A stretch of DNA of 60,816 nucleotides, the filler included, from Sphacelaria rigidula (taxonomy: Eukaryota), in NCBI GenBank assembly GCA_964200075.2. It is 6 parts of 6 records of this genome, joined end to end, with 100 filler letters (N's around TTAATTAATTAA, not from the genome) between each part and the next. Parts side by side here need not be neighbours in the genome. Positions count along the whole stretch, not along the records: positions 20,309 to 30,361 come from CAXNAA020007243.1; positions 30,462 to 40,514 come from CAXNAA020007244.1; 4 more parts are not named here. One strand, written 5' to 3'. Shown here piece after piece: positions 20,956 to 33,645 of this stretch; positions within the stretch are counted from its first letter, which is position 1; each line of letters opens with the position of its first letter. Position numbers and translations under genes: made by a program. Below the pieces are notes generated by a model. The model was not told where the DNA came from. It searched no databases and was given only the letters and a program-made list of their open reading frames with translations.

Positions 20956-23900
20956 GACGTCTTACCGTCACTTGGACATTCTGGTTGGTCGATTAGGCTA
21001 TCGTCACGCGGATTGGAATATTGAAACACAAATAGGTATCGAGATGTTGAGTCATCACTCAACTTTGATGGTAAAAGTAGGGTGATGGCGGCATCTATAC
21101 GCTAGTACCGGTTGAGCGCTTTCGAGGGAAATACTATCACGCATGCACCTGTGTAGTGACGGGGTTGTAGATACCTCACTCAAAACTCACCGACATTGAT
21201 CACCAAGCTTGGGGTCAAAATGACCGTGAGAGAGAACGATATCGATTCGAGGTAAAGAACAAGGGAGAAGCCGATTTTCGTCTTCACGAGTCAATCATAA
21301 TTGTCGGCGGCTGACAGCTGCTCATGTCATCTCCAAGTGTTGACACCCAAACACGTGACAAGAACGTGGGAAATGACCGCACTAGAAAGGGGAAGATTAC
21401 GTTTTCAGAAGATCGCAAGTCATGGATGAGAACGTTGCATTTCTTTGGGTGACTGATTGATTGATTGTCGCATTTTACCTCATCTTCCACAAACGAGTAT
21501 AATTCTGCTGTTTCGTCTCAAAACGCTGAGATCCTTCGTACCAATTAAAGTGCAGCGTTTAGACGGGACGAGGTAGACGCGATGAAGCATTCCCGGGTGA
21601 GAGTTATTCTTTCGATGCCGAGCCATGTTTGCCTGTTCACTATTGCATACTGTCTGGAGCAATGTTTGAGGTATGTTTCAGGATGTTTCTCGCCAGATAT
21701 TGCGAACCACATACCACAAATAGATCAGCTTAACGCTCGTAAAATGCAAGATATTTGTATATATATATATATATATATGTAGCCCGCGGTATGAACCCTG
21801 GCTCTGGTGTCGAGTCGTCTGTCCGTCTTTTCACGGTTTCACTGCTTCGGCTGGTTCGAAAGAATTCATAACCAGTATCGTCAACGTCTAGTATACAAAA
21901 AACAATTCATGTTCTCACCCTGGTCTACGATTAGTTCCATGGACGATGAAGCAAAGCAGGCGCATGGACACGGCCGTCATACTTATGAGCGTAGCGTTAA
22001 AGAAGAGGCTGCCCTTGAACTTCTTCCAATTACTTGTCCGGTCAGCATCTTGCTGCGTCCACCGAGTTCTATAGTTGTCGATGCTAGTCGTCCACATGCA
22101 TATCTTACAAAGGACTGCAAGTTATTGGGGCTGAAACATCAGGGTTCTTGTCTTGTCCCAGGCTTCCGAACGGAACTGTTTCTCCGTGGTGTTTCAAGAA
22201 ATTCAATCCTAGATATCTCGCAAGCGCGGACACCCTCTTGTTGCAGGTTCCACTTCTTTCGGCACGGATGCAGCACGTATTACTGGAACGCAGATATACA
22301 CCGTCCGATAAGTACAATCCACGACTTTCCAACTGTAGCAGTCATCCTTGAATATTCTCATCGTGCATATTTTGCGTGCATTCAAGCGAATAGTTTGTGC
22401 TCTGAAAATCGTGGAGAAACAACGGAAAAAACACCGCGGACGTGCTCTTCAAACGAAAAAGCACTCCTACTGGTGTATGCATCTCGATATTGTTAAACAT
22501 TGGAAAACCTCAACACCTGTCCCCCGTTATGGAACGGAGGATTGTGTCATGAATGCTTATTACTTGATATCTTTTGAAACAAACAGGGGTGGTTGAGGAT
22601 GGTACGTTACCCAGTTTGGACCGTGGAGAAGAACGTGGCCCAGTCTTGCTCACCCATCTGCAGGTCACCGTCCACCTGGGTAGTTGTAGACCGTGTGCAA
22701 GCAGTATGGAAGGGTTCTGTTGATGGGCGATGCAGAGCTAGCAGTAATATACGAAGAACATGAGCACACGAGGGTCGTTCAGACGTCATGTTGCCATTTC
22801 CAATTTTCAGCTGCTCAGCAGTTGAGTGTCGGTTCGTGTAAAAAGGATACGGCTAGCATATCAGGCGATACATCACTCAAGCGCATGGCAGAAGCTAGCG
22901 AGCAACGGACGGATACTGTCGATGGTCCACCGGTCCCACCTGCGTCCAAAGGCGGTCGTAGGAAGCCGACTGCTCGGAAACTTCACCGTAGATAACCACT
23001 TGGTTTGCAGGGTTATGCTTGGCATCTTCCTCTTTCGGCGTGAGAATTACTCGCGGTGCCTCATATGAGGTAACCTGCCATATCCGTACATTGAATGAAC
23101 TTCAACGTGTCAATTTATCGTGTTCACGGGGTACACCCAGTACTAAGTCTGACGGTCGAGAGCGGCATAGCTACTAGTTACCCTCTACACTGATTTCAAG
23201 TACACAGCTCATTTCTACCAGACGCACTAATTTTGACGAAGAATAGGCCCGCGGACTACTCTTCCCACCTTTATAGCGGCGGTCGCGATGTCCGACCGGT
23301 AGATACCATAAACTTCGCTGGAATTTTCCGTGCTGACATTCAGTGCAAACTCGTACACCTGCGACCAAACGCACAATGCGATACCACGTGCACGACTCCG
23401 AAGGGGTCACTGAACTCATAACTAACCTTTACCGGCACGTGTGAAGGCTCAGTCACGGCGGCGAGGATGTTCGGGACCGTACCGAATGAATAGCTGAGTT
23501 TATCATACATACGCAAACACGAACGAGCGCGACAATCCACAAAAAGACATATCGACTACATCGGTCCGTGGGTGATGTACAGTTGTGCCCGGGTAAGTTG
23601 CCCGGGTAAGTGCAGCGACAGTCACCTCCGACGAGCGTAGATGGACATTCGTATATAACATATCATGTTCGCGGTTTTTAGTTCAACGCAGGGGCGTCAG
23701 CAATGCATGCGACGCTGAGCAGAACTCACCAGGCCAGAAACTAAGCTCTCCCCAGCTACAGTAAACATCTGCCCGTCGTCGGATGTACTAGTGTTGGAGA
23801 TCGAGGAGCAGTTGCTCACGCATGCCCAGGCGTACCTGCCCGCCACGTTCAATGAGTACAACACTTAGTTTCTGCGATGAAAACGGCGCAAAGGCGATCC

Positions 23901-24599
23901 TCAGAGAGAAGATGATGTGTCACGGATCCTCATTCAAACGCTGCTGTGTCGTCACAAGCGACGATACGCGCGTCGCACCTCAATGGTAGTTCAGCAATGT
24001 CGTCCTCGTCCACCGATTGGCTGCCGTCCAGCACGAGGTCCACGCCTGCGGAACACCACGTTCACCCCGTGTTTTGCGAGGAAGGCACCATTCGCTGTGG
24101 GTATTTGCCAAGGGTGTGTTTTCTCACGGTGGGCATCGCAATATGTAGAAGGTCATCACATCGTGTGCATACTATACAGTCTATTCACTAAGGGAAAAAA
24201 GATACCAAACGACGATGCGGGGCTAACATACTGTAATCGCCGGTGCTTTCAACAGCTGATAATTATCTGCATACGTCTCGTCTGGGAGTCGTCGATACTC
24301 CGATCGATGAGTAACGCACGAACGAGCAATTGACACGAGAATGATGTGCCATCCGAGAGGACACCTGCTGTGTGCTGGCGGTAGCTTCCACCTCCTATGG
24401 ATGCTCGGAGAACGCCATGCTCGACTACCACCTGTTCAAGCATGTTTAAACACACTGTTAAAGGCGAGATCGATGGAATCTACATCGCACAAATCTGTGC
24501 TCCAACAGCTCCGCGGTCTTTTGTTTTCTACGACTGGGTATGAGTGTGGTTCTGCGCAAGATCTTGTACGCCGAAGCCATGTGGCAGAGACCAACCATT

Positions 24600-24795
24600 C
24601 TTTTTTTTCCCTCTTTTTCCCTTTCTCTTGTTTTGTTCACGTCTTAGTCTACTATGTTTATTTTCCTGTTATAGTCTTCCCACTTCTTTCTCTTCAGCGA
24701 GTGTTCCAGTTTTGTTTTGTTTTGGGTCTGTCTATCGTGTGACATGTGACCACGGCTGGATCCCTGGGGGCTCACTTGAAGTACGACAATCGGTC
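24600..24795 (+). repeat. Dispersed repeat, uninterrupted paralogue of 12400-13100
   Basis: CACGTCTTAGTCTACTA...CAGCGAGTGTT...GACCACGGCTGGATCCCTGGGGG matches the flanks of the MITE at 12460-12939. Confidence 0.75.
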
Positions 24796-25628
24796 AAAGT
24801 CAATCGAGCAGCTCCTGGAATGCCGAAAGAGATGCCTCGAACACGAGCGAGCTTGAACTCGATCAACGAAACGTGAATCTCCATGAGACCACTTATCGGC
24901 GCAAATGGAATATTGTGTCGATGTCCGTGTCATCGTCCATCTTCCCAAACTTTGAAAATCATCACAGCATAATCATTCATTCACCATAGAGTTTACCCCT
25001 CTTACCTGTACCAATGCTGACGAGTTGACCGACGTCTCTTGCAACGTAGCACTGCCGCGAAAACGATAGGCTGAACCGGGGTAGCCCAGAGTATAAGCAG
25101 GGATCACTATTTTGGTGGGGTCGCTGGTGGCCAGCCTCTGTTCATCGTGTCAGCAGGGTATCACAAAATTGCAATGTGGTAGGTTTACAGGCAACCCTCG
25201 GACTTCATTCATTGTGAAGCCTCCATCTGAGACAAGGAGATCTATGCGCGACATAGCCTGGGGTTTCAACTACGTCTGGGACAAGAACACGCTTTCAGGG
25301 TCCCTAACTTACACCTCGACCCCCCTGGGACATTCATCCAGGACGCTGACATCCATCTTCGAGATCCCACCTAAGAGGTCCACGTGGAAGTTCCGCATCC
25401 ATCCGGAGCGTCCAGCCTATATCTGACACGCCCACTTGGAACGTCTGTATTTGCGTGCACAGCACGACGCGCAACCAGCTCACGCTACCCAAGACGTTTC
25501 CCTATCACAGTATACTACACTAAGCTCTACCGCCGCGCGTCGACTCAAATATTTGGCTATCGGCGCACAGGTATTACGACGGTTTGCTTCAGAGCTTGGC
25601 CCACTGTTGGGGTTGAATTGCGGTGGGG

Positions 25629-25839
25629 TGTAATGCGTGAGAGGACCGCGTGCTTAGAGGAGCGCGTCGGAATTCGAACATCCCTATGGTTAGTGTCAGG
25701 GTTAGGGTCAGTGTTTGGGTTATGGACAGGGGTGTGGTACCTCCAGGCACTGACCCGATTGGTTTCGAAAAACGTCGATCCTGAGGTGTTTTGAACTACG
25801 GCGCGGTCCTCTAAGCACGCGGTCCTCTCACGCATTACA
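25629..25839. mobile_element. TGT...ACA MITE with degenerate (TTAGGG)n, copy 3
   Basis: Same TIR, 211 bp, TSD GGGG/GGGG. Confidence 0.9.
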
Positions 25840-27895
25840 GGGGTACACGAGTGAGTTGAACGTCGTGGACTGGTGTCTGGAGGTATACAGCATATTCCAG
25901 GTGGTCTTCTGTGCTTCACATGGGCGTTCGCGGTAGATTTTTGAGAGTATAAAGTGTCCTGTAGCTGCAGCGGTGCTGTGCTGCGTGTGCTTTGTAGACT
26001 GAGTAGCCTACCGCGGAGGATTACACTCGGGCCACGGTTTGATCCATCAGAGAACTTGACTGAAGAAATGAAGATGTTTATTATTGACTAACTCCCGAAG
26101 TCAAGTTTTCGCTCATGGTGATGAAGAAGAGAAGTAGTAGAGGAGTGATCAGGTGGGCGAGCACCAAGTGTGCGAGCCTACCGATCAGGTAACGAACTTC
26201 CAGAACTTCCACACGTCTAGAACACTCGCGGGATATTACAACCGATAACTCCCGATGAATCTCCCGACAACTTGTTCTGGAAACATAGTGTACCGCAGAA
26301 TACACCGCAGACTATTTTTGGTACACTCAAATGGTTTTTTACTTGTTTACGACATGTAAGCAATCATTTTTGGGACACTCAAATGATTGGTCGCTGCAAT
26401 CGTCAAAAAAGGTAATCGTGCGTCTGATTGCTTGCATTTTTACATACCATTTCCCTGACAATTTTCACTTAGATGAACCTCCCAGATGAATTCCCCAGGA
26501 ATCGCTCATATGGATATCCTAGGCAGGTGTTCATGTGCTGGACAGCAATCCACCTTCCAGATGGAGATCGGCGTCTCAGATTGGTATCTCTGACGCATCA
26601 GAGGAGTCCGAGGAAGGTCAGAGATGGATATCCGTGTCCAAGGTGGACGAATGTGTGAGATATCCCAGGACGGGATGAACGTCCCAGATGGATGGACTTT
26701 GTGTCTCAGATGGAATGCCCCGAGGGATGCCCATCCCACATAGAGGTTACACGACAACGCAGCCCCTCCAACGCAACCGCAACGACAACAATCCGACGAC
26801 ATGCAACCGCAGTGCATCTAATATGTCAACGCACACCGTGCCTCCCGCGGCTTCTCGTGAAAATTCTTGACTCAAAGAAATGCAGCGTCATAAAGCAGGA
26901 CTGAACTCAACGCGGAGAAGTCATCTGTTGGGACTTGATTCCATCGGGTGATGGCTCCGCTGATGTGCTTGTCTTCACTTTTTAGACGCAAGTGTTTGGT
27001 TCTACCGTCCTAGCCGCGAGTAGTTAGCCTAGTCGCGAGTAGTTGATTTCATCGAACTGCCTTGAGCGCTAAATTGGATGAAAGTCCTGTCATTACTCCC
27101 TCACATCATTATCATCACATTCGTGTTGAAACACAGTAAACAAGTCCTGTAACGCCCGCACAGATCATGGGGCTCCTCTGTGAAGAAAACAATTATGACA
27201 CAGCTCCGGCAAGCTAGAGTATCCATCTGTACGTCGTCGTGACTCACGAGGTGCGCGCTCGATCCTCGTCGTATTTGTGTGGAACGATAACGTAAGGGGA
27301 GAAAGTGATTTGATCTCCCTCTGATACTTTGAAGCAGGCATCATATTCTTCATTCAACGTCTCATGCTTCAGTTCCAATAAAGTTATTCTGGTATCGTCA
27401 ATAATACCTTGGTTTGCTGAAAAAAGGGCGTTTTAGCCAATAGAACTTGCATTTTTGGTGAGAATACCAGAGACCATGCTCCGTATCCGTATCCACACGT
27501 CGGTTTAAGGTTTATCTCTTTCAAAGTTTGAAACACCTTTCATATTCTCCGAAGTGCATTGGAGAGAGTATTACTGTTTTGTTTCAGAACACATCATCGT
27601 TCGATTTGCCATATAGCTTGTTCGGATGCTTTGCGAGGGAATGCGGACCACACTGACTATCACGTGGTTTCTTTTGACGGCACATATATGGTTGAGCGTC
27701 CCTATTGGTATATTTTCGACAGCCCAATATCCATCAAACTTTCTTGATTTATATGCTTCATATTTTGTTCTTCGAAGCGATCGGTCTAGCTTCCATTTCA
27801 TCGACTCAGCACCTGATCATTGAGGTTAGGAGACTTGATTGACCTACCGTTGTATACCTCCGTTACTCTGCAGGAAACGATCGCCCCGGTCTAAC

Positions 27896-29556
27896 TACCC
27901 TGCAAGAGCGTTCCCCTCGAGAGTGATGCTGCACTGGGAGGAAGATGCCAGTATATATTTTCGTACCTCAAATGCTTCGGCGCCGAGCTCAGAATATCCA
28001 AACGCAGGGGCTTCTTCCCATGTGTAGGTCAACGTTGTGTGTGATGCTGTTGAAATCAAAACCCGAAGCGACACGTGCGAAATACCACCCTCCGAGGGAG
28101 GCGATACGGGAAGGGAGCAAAACAACGTGAGCCAACAGTGTCGTTCCACGCGTGTTGCTAAGTATATGGAACCATCTTGACTACTCTACGTGAGAAACTT
28201 CCAATAACGGTGTACACAGTGGGGTCGTTGTACTACGTGCATGCCTTGCAGCTGTGTCCATCGTGAAGCGACAGAAGTGACACCGCAGCCGTCGGTAAGC
28301 AACATTATCGTATACTCGCCGCAAGTTGGCAGTGTCGCGGCCATCCTGATGGTGGTCGGCCTGCTCCTGCTGACGTTTTTGACAGCAGAGCCCAGAATCG
28401 ATACCGTAGGTATATCCTCGTTGCTGTGACAGCATGAAAAAATCGTGGAAGGTGTTTCAGAGATGGACCGAAAGACGTTCCGCGCCCACTCCTGGTTATA
28501 GGCTCCCTCTCATGAACCCGGTCGCACGTAATCTATTGCTTGAGCTGGCCATTTCTAGCTACACTAGTTGTCACCAGTGGCGCTGAGAACTGATGTCTTT
28601 CTCACACCAACATCATATTTGACACAACGGATATGATACGTCCTTCTGAAGCGCTTTGCTCGCGAGTACACACACACACAAAAATATCGCGAGATCTTCT
28701 CTACGCGTCCATGCTCGCACCAGCAACTTCAACACCGTGTTTTGCGTGGTCAGTCGATGCTACATGTCCTGCTCAGATGCAAGCTACTGTCCTCGCCTTC
28801 GAACGACCGATGTCGATGCCGTGTCTGTAGAACCCCAGCTATTCTCCACCGTCAGCGAAAACGTAAACGTTACACCCACCTCCAGCGCGGTAGAATTGAA
28901 CGTCGCGATAAGAGACTCGTTGAATGGAGCGAGAGCTGCGTTGGCATCCAATAGCGCGTCCCCAGTTGCGCCGTCTTCGGCTGATACTTCCCACACGACG
29001 GACAACGATGTCGAGTCTTCGCTGAAAGATGTCCGTCCGTCAAGGGTGACTTGACTGCAATACCCCACGGTCTGTTGGGTGTACGTCATGGTAAGTGGTC
29101 AAGATTTAGCGGAGTCAACGGGGTTGGCTGCAGGCGTACCGACGTATTCAAGGTCGTGCCGTACAGCGGCTTTCGTTATACACATGGGGACAGGCAGCCA
29201 GTATGTATTTCTGAGCGATGGCAGGCGCGGCCTCCATCTCGCCACGGCGGTGGCACTTCCCTTTTCATGTGCCTCTGAAAGCGAGGTTACGAACAGTCAA
29301 GTCGGCCTACACGTGAAGCTGCGCTTCGAACTGATGATACAATACGCTGATGCTATTACAAGCACCCTTCACTACATGCAATGCTCGATGAAGTGCAAGA
29401 AAACAACGACACATCTCACCTGGGCTGCAACTAAGACGGCGGACGCTGTTGCGGTAACGTCGGACGAAGAAGGCTCCGAGACTGGAGTTGGAGCAGGCGT
29501 GGGACCCGGCGTGGGACCCGGCATGGAAGAATAAGGCGTCGGAGGAGTCGGAGCAG
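27896..29556 (-). pseudogene. REJ/PKD-domain surface protein fragment, pseudogenised
   Basis: Pro/Thr-rich exon 29420-29556 (APTPPTPYSSMPGPTPGPTPAPTPVSEP...LVAAQ|GTGAG). REJ-like segment TVGYCSQVTLDGRTSF...SVVWEVS...TFTFSLTVENSWGSTDTASTSVVR with in-frame stops at 29099-29101 and 28784-28786. Further segment YTWEE...SITLEGNALAG at about 27896-28030. Confidence 0.6.
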
Positions 29557-29666
29557 CTGTCAGAAAGAGGGTATCGTTCACGGCCATAAGATGGCATGGC
29601 GTCGGGACGAAACCATCCATCGGTGGTACGGGAGGTAATGAGTTTACCACACTACAAAGGTGGGTA

Positions 29667-29877
29667 TGTAATGCGTGAGAGGACCGCGTGCTTAGAAGAC
29701 CGCATCGAAATTTGAACATCCCTATCGTTAGGGTTAGGATCAGGGTTAGTGTGGGGGTTATGGTCAGTGGTGTGGTACCTGCAGGGACCGGCCCGATTAG
29801 TCTTCAAAAACGTCGATCCTGGGGTGTTTCGAACTATGGCGCGGTCCTCTAAGCCCGCGGTCCTCTCAAGCATAACA
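29667..29877. mobile_element. TGT...ACA MITE with degenerate (TTAGGG)n, copy 4
   Basis: Same TIR, 211 bp, flanks GGGTA/GGGAA (imperfect TSD). Confidence 0.88.
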
Positions 29878-30361
29878 GGGAAGTCGAAAATGCGCTCCAC
29901 TACCTCCAGCTAGTGTTTTTTTCTTCGAGACCTAAGCTAACCATTCCAACGGTGAATGATTCGACAACACAACTTGCATCATGGCGGTCAAACTGGTACA
30001 CCAACGACCAGTTCGGACGACCTTCATGTGCTTGAATCCCGACAGATACAATATCATAACCTCTTTCATCAAGGGTCTGCTTCGCGCCGTTGAAGGTGTA
30101 GGGACGTGTGTACCAACGAGCAATGCTACGGTAGGGGTGTACATTTGCGCGAACTACTGTCTGATTCAGGGGCTCCTGACGGTTCTAGATGCACAAGAAT
30201 ATGGGTCAGGGCATCCCCGCTCTCAAATTCATTCAGGACATCCTTAGAACATCAGAATAGTAATCCTGGCGTACTCTCACTTATTTCATACGTAACAACA
30301 AATTGTGAGAATTGAGGTTTAACTTCGAGATGAGGCTCAAGCCTAAAACAGTGCTTTCCCC

Positions 30362-30461
30362 NNNNNNNNNNNNNNNNNNNNNNNNNNNNNNNNNNNNNNN
30401 NNNNNTTAATTAATTAANNNNNNNNNNNNNNNNNNNNNNNNNNNNNNNNNNNNNNNNNNNN
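30362..30461. other. Artificial contig linker
   Basis: 100-bp N/TTAATTAATTAA/N. Confidence 0.98.
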
Positions 30462-30624
30462 CCCCGGTAAATACCGGGGGTACGCTCGGTACGGTACCTT
30501 ACCTACGGTGCCTGTGTTGGATATACAACATATCCGCTGAGCTAAACAGTCAGCGCTGACTGTTTAGATCAGTGGATATGTTACATATCTAACAAAAGTA
30601 CGACCGGAGTCTCTCCTTTCAGGG

Positions 30625-30900
30625 CTATTTCTTGCCGCGGTTGAATTGATCCCTTCGGGTATGTTCCGGGCAGTCGCCCTGGTAGTGACCGAATGCTTTG
30701 CAGCTGTAACATTGGGCATTGCCGGACGCAGCCGCCATCGTGACACCACGTCCCGAGATTGGCAGACCCGAGGATTTCCGTGTCAGCTCGTGTAGTGAGG
30801 ATGATTCTGCCATCGCAGCACGGACCGCCCAGCACGTCTGAGACCCTACGATCCTGACCAACGCGACGGGTGCGTATTTTTGTCCTAGATAGATAAAAAC
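30625..30900 (-). mobile_element. LTR-retrotransposon gag remnant with a CCHC zinc knuckle
   Basis: GRGVTMAAASGNAQCYSCKAFGHYQGDCPE fits C-x2-C-x4-H-x4-C; the surrounding frame is broken. Confidence 0.65.
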
Positions 30901-31760
30901 GCCCCGGGAACCAATATTCAGGAATGATGTACGTATAGTAAGAGTGTAGAGCTGCTGACCGACCGCAGGTGCCGAAGCTCCGGTGTTGTAACCTCGGAGT
31001 TGTCGACTCCGGCCACGTCCCGCAGGCACACTGGTCAGATGTACTGCTCAGACACTACACGTCATCCAGTGTAGGCTACACTCTGTGTAATGTACGCTTG
31101 ACTTCGGCTGCAGCACGCGGTGCGAACGGGTCGAAGTCTGATCCTCAGCGGTAAGCATACGTTGTGCGCTGGCAGCAGACTTTGTTGCCCGGCTTTTTTG
31201 TTCAGGAAGCGAACAGCGCACAGACTCCCTATTTGAGGTAGGTTACACATGCGTGAAGGTGACACATGGGCACAACGCTCAAACGTGCAACGCGCCATGC
31301 GTCGACCGGGATCGACGAATAATTACAAAGCTCCCGCATACTTGATACTTGTGCCGTAACTTTTGCACTCTTGAACGCCGGGTGATCAGTCCGTGCCCAA
31401 ACAGCAAGCAAGAGACTCCTACCGACGTTTGTCGGATACAGCAAGTCGGAGAGCTTGGGCAGCAGAAGTACAGTAGTAGCAATTTAGCGCCGAAGACAAT
31501 GGTTCGATGCTGTGAACATGTCGCTCGTGGTCAACACAAACGAATGCATCAGACACAGACTGCTGATGGTCCAGGTAGGATAATGTTTGTACCCAAGAGA
31601 CGGCACGGGACCTAGGCGACTCAGAAAGGAAACCAAGGAGTGGGCTCGAGCGTAGTTGGTCAAGAGCTGTTCTCCAGGTGTGGACATTTATTCCTCCGCA
31701 TACGTTACATGCCAACCGACACAAATCAAACCGACGGTACTCTCCAGACACATATACTGT

Positions 31761-32229
31761 CAATAAGGATGTCGCTTGACAGGCTTTGAACCCCTTGACA
31801 GACTGTCAAGCACTAATTGTCTGTCTTGACAGCCTCGACAGGGTAACGCCCGACCATGTGGCTGAAACCCGAAACGCCATTTTTTTTCGGCCATGTTTTC
31901 CGAGCAAATGCGGTACATTATATACTTTGACCAGTACCGATGTCGTTTTGGGGGTGGTACGCATGCTGCATGCTATTTTTTGGCATACTACATCATTACA
32001 GCAGTCGTATCTGCACGTGCGTTTGCTGGATTTGAAAAAAATGCGCCCTGTATGTCTATATTCTATACATATTCGGCAACCGACATCCTTGGTGTGAAAG
32101 GGAAAATAAGGGTTCCTACAGAGATGGGTAGGCGTTATTCACCCCGGGGACGGGGGATGTTTTGTCTTGACAACGCCAAACGCCTTGACAGACAGGCTTG
32201 ACAGCATGACGCTGCAACCGACATCCTTG
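31761..32229. mobile_element. hAT-like MITE, family C, copy 1
   Basis: Termini CAATAAGGATGTCGCTTG / CAACCGACATCCTTG, 8-bp flanks TATACTGT/CATACTGT, TTGACAG subterminal repeats. Confidence 0.8.
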
Positions 32230-33523
32230 CATACTGTACGAATACTACAACCAGGAATAATGAATGAACGGTGCCACTATTGGTGTTGTACATTGACTAC
32301 TGTACAAACATGGAGGAAGATGTAGGCATTCCTAGAACCACACCCGATTTATCGCGATCGGGGCCACGGTGAGAAACAAAAAGACAGCCAATAACTGGAC
32401 GAGACGCTCGCAAGAATTACTGTTCCGAGAGGGGGCTTTGCAGTCAAGGACACCCCCGAAATAGCTGATATGCAGTCACGCTGCACATATATCATGTCTG
32501 CATAGGCCGGCTAGATATCAAAGGGCAGATGGACCATTGTCGCAGTGGCTGTGTAGGGCGGTGGGATTCATCTTTAACGTCCAACATCCAAGCTTCCTAG
32601 AACATGTCTCGTAGTTCAAATACAGCAAGATATATGGTATTCGTTACACCTATACCGTAAACACAGGACAGCAATGGGATCCCTGCGGTAGTAGTGGGGT
32701 CGTGCGTGTCCGGTATATCTGCTGCAGGGTCCACAGACTAACATACGCGGTCTTTGTCTGTGGAACACCACTTAGCACGAACCAGCAAGAGATTGGCGCA
32801 GCAGCAAGTAGTGTACATGTTGAGAGTCATCAATCTACCGATGGACAGTAGTATCGAATCCACATCCAAAAGGCGGGTGGACCAAAACTCTACTACTGTT
32901 GTGGTTCACCAAGTCTCAGCAACTGCATCGCCCTACCCCTTGCACGGAGCCGACATGCGAACCGCAACACGCGAAGCGTATGTACAGCCAGCCGAAGTGG
33001 CAGCCATCATGCATGCCAGGCATGCATCTCGCGTGCTGCAAAATAGTCGTCACCACGATTGTCTTGTCTTCAACCCCGTCCGCGAAACGAGACATGCATC
33101 GGGTGTGGTGGTTGAAAGTGGGGAAGCGTGGAGGCGGGACCCCCTCATTTTGATATACAGTTTTTTACTACGGTTACTGCTACTGAACCGAATTAGTACG
33201 GTACTGGATAGGAGTATTGAACGGTATTCGGGGTCATGATTGTCATGATTCCAATTCAAACATTCAAACAGTGTTCGGGGTGACGGGAAAGTTTCTCCGA
33301 GGGTCTTGATCGTTTCCTGCGGAGAGTGACTTACCCACCCCATCTTCACCCCCGCTCTGCCACTTACAGCATTCTCCTCTCTTCAGCCTATTGCTTATCA
33401 CAAATCCAAGATCTACTTCTCCCCCAACTTGGACCACCCGACCACCACCTCGAAAGTACAAGCAGGGTATTACTTTATAGATATATCACCGCCTGCGTCT
33501 TCCCCGAAGTTTTCGAAAAGAAA

Positions 33524-33645
33524 ATGACCGTCTCATCAAGCACTACCCTCATGGCCACGGTGACGGCGATGCTGGCTGCTGCGACTACGACTCAGGCGCT
33601 AACAGTCACGACGCCTTCGGAAGGCATGGTTGTGCCCTCTGGCAG
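33524..33645 (+). CDS. Secreted protein with two tandem Cys-containing Ig-like (Kre9/GPI-anchored Ser-Thr family-like) repeats, exon 1 of 5
   Basis: AAAATG start; signal-peptide-like MTVSSSTTLMATVTAMLAAATTTQA then LTVTTPSEGMVVPSG; donor AG|GTGAGT. Confidence 0.8.

Noticed and set aside
21280-24500. Possible decayed Cys-rich (CxC/KDZ-type) transposase or other gene, including ORF 21807-22496
   Set aside because: Some fragments look protein-like, but I found no diagnostic motif or consistent frame or strand. A frameshift-aware search is needed.
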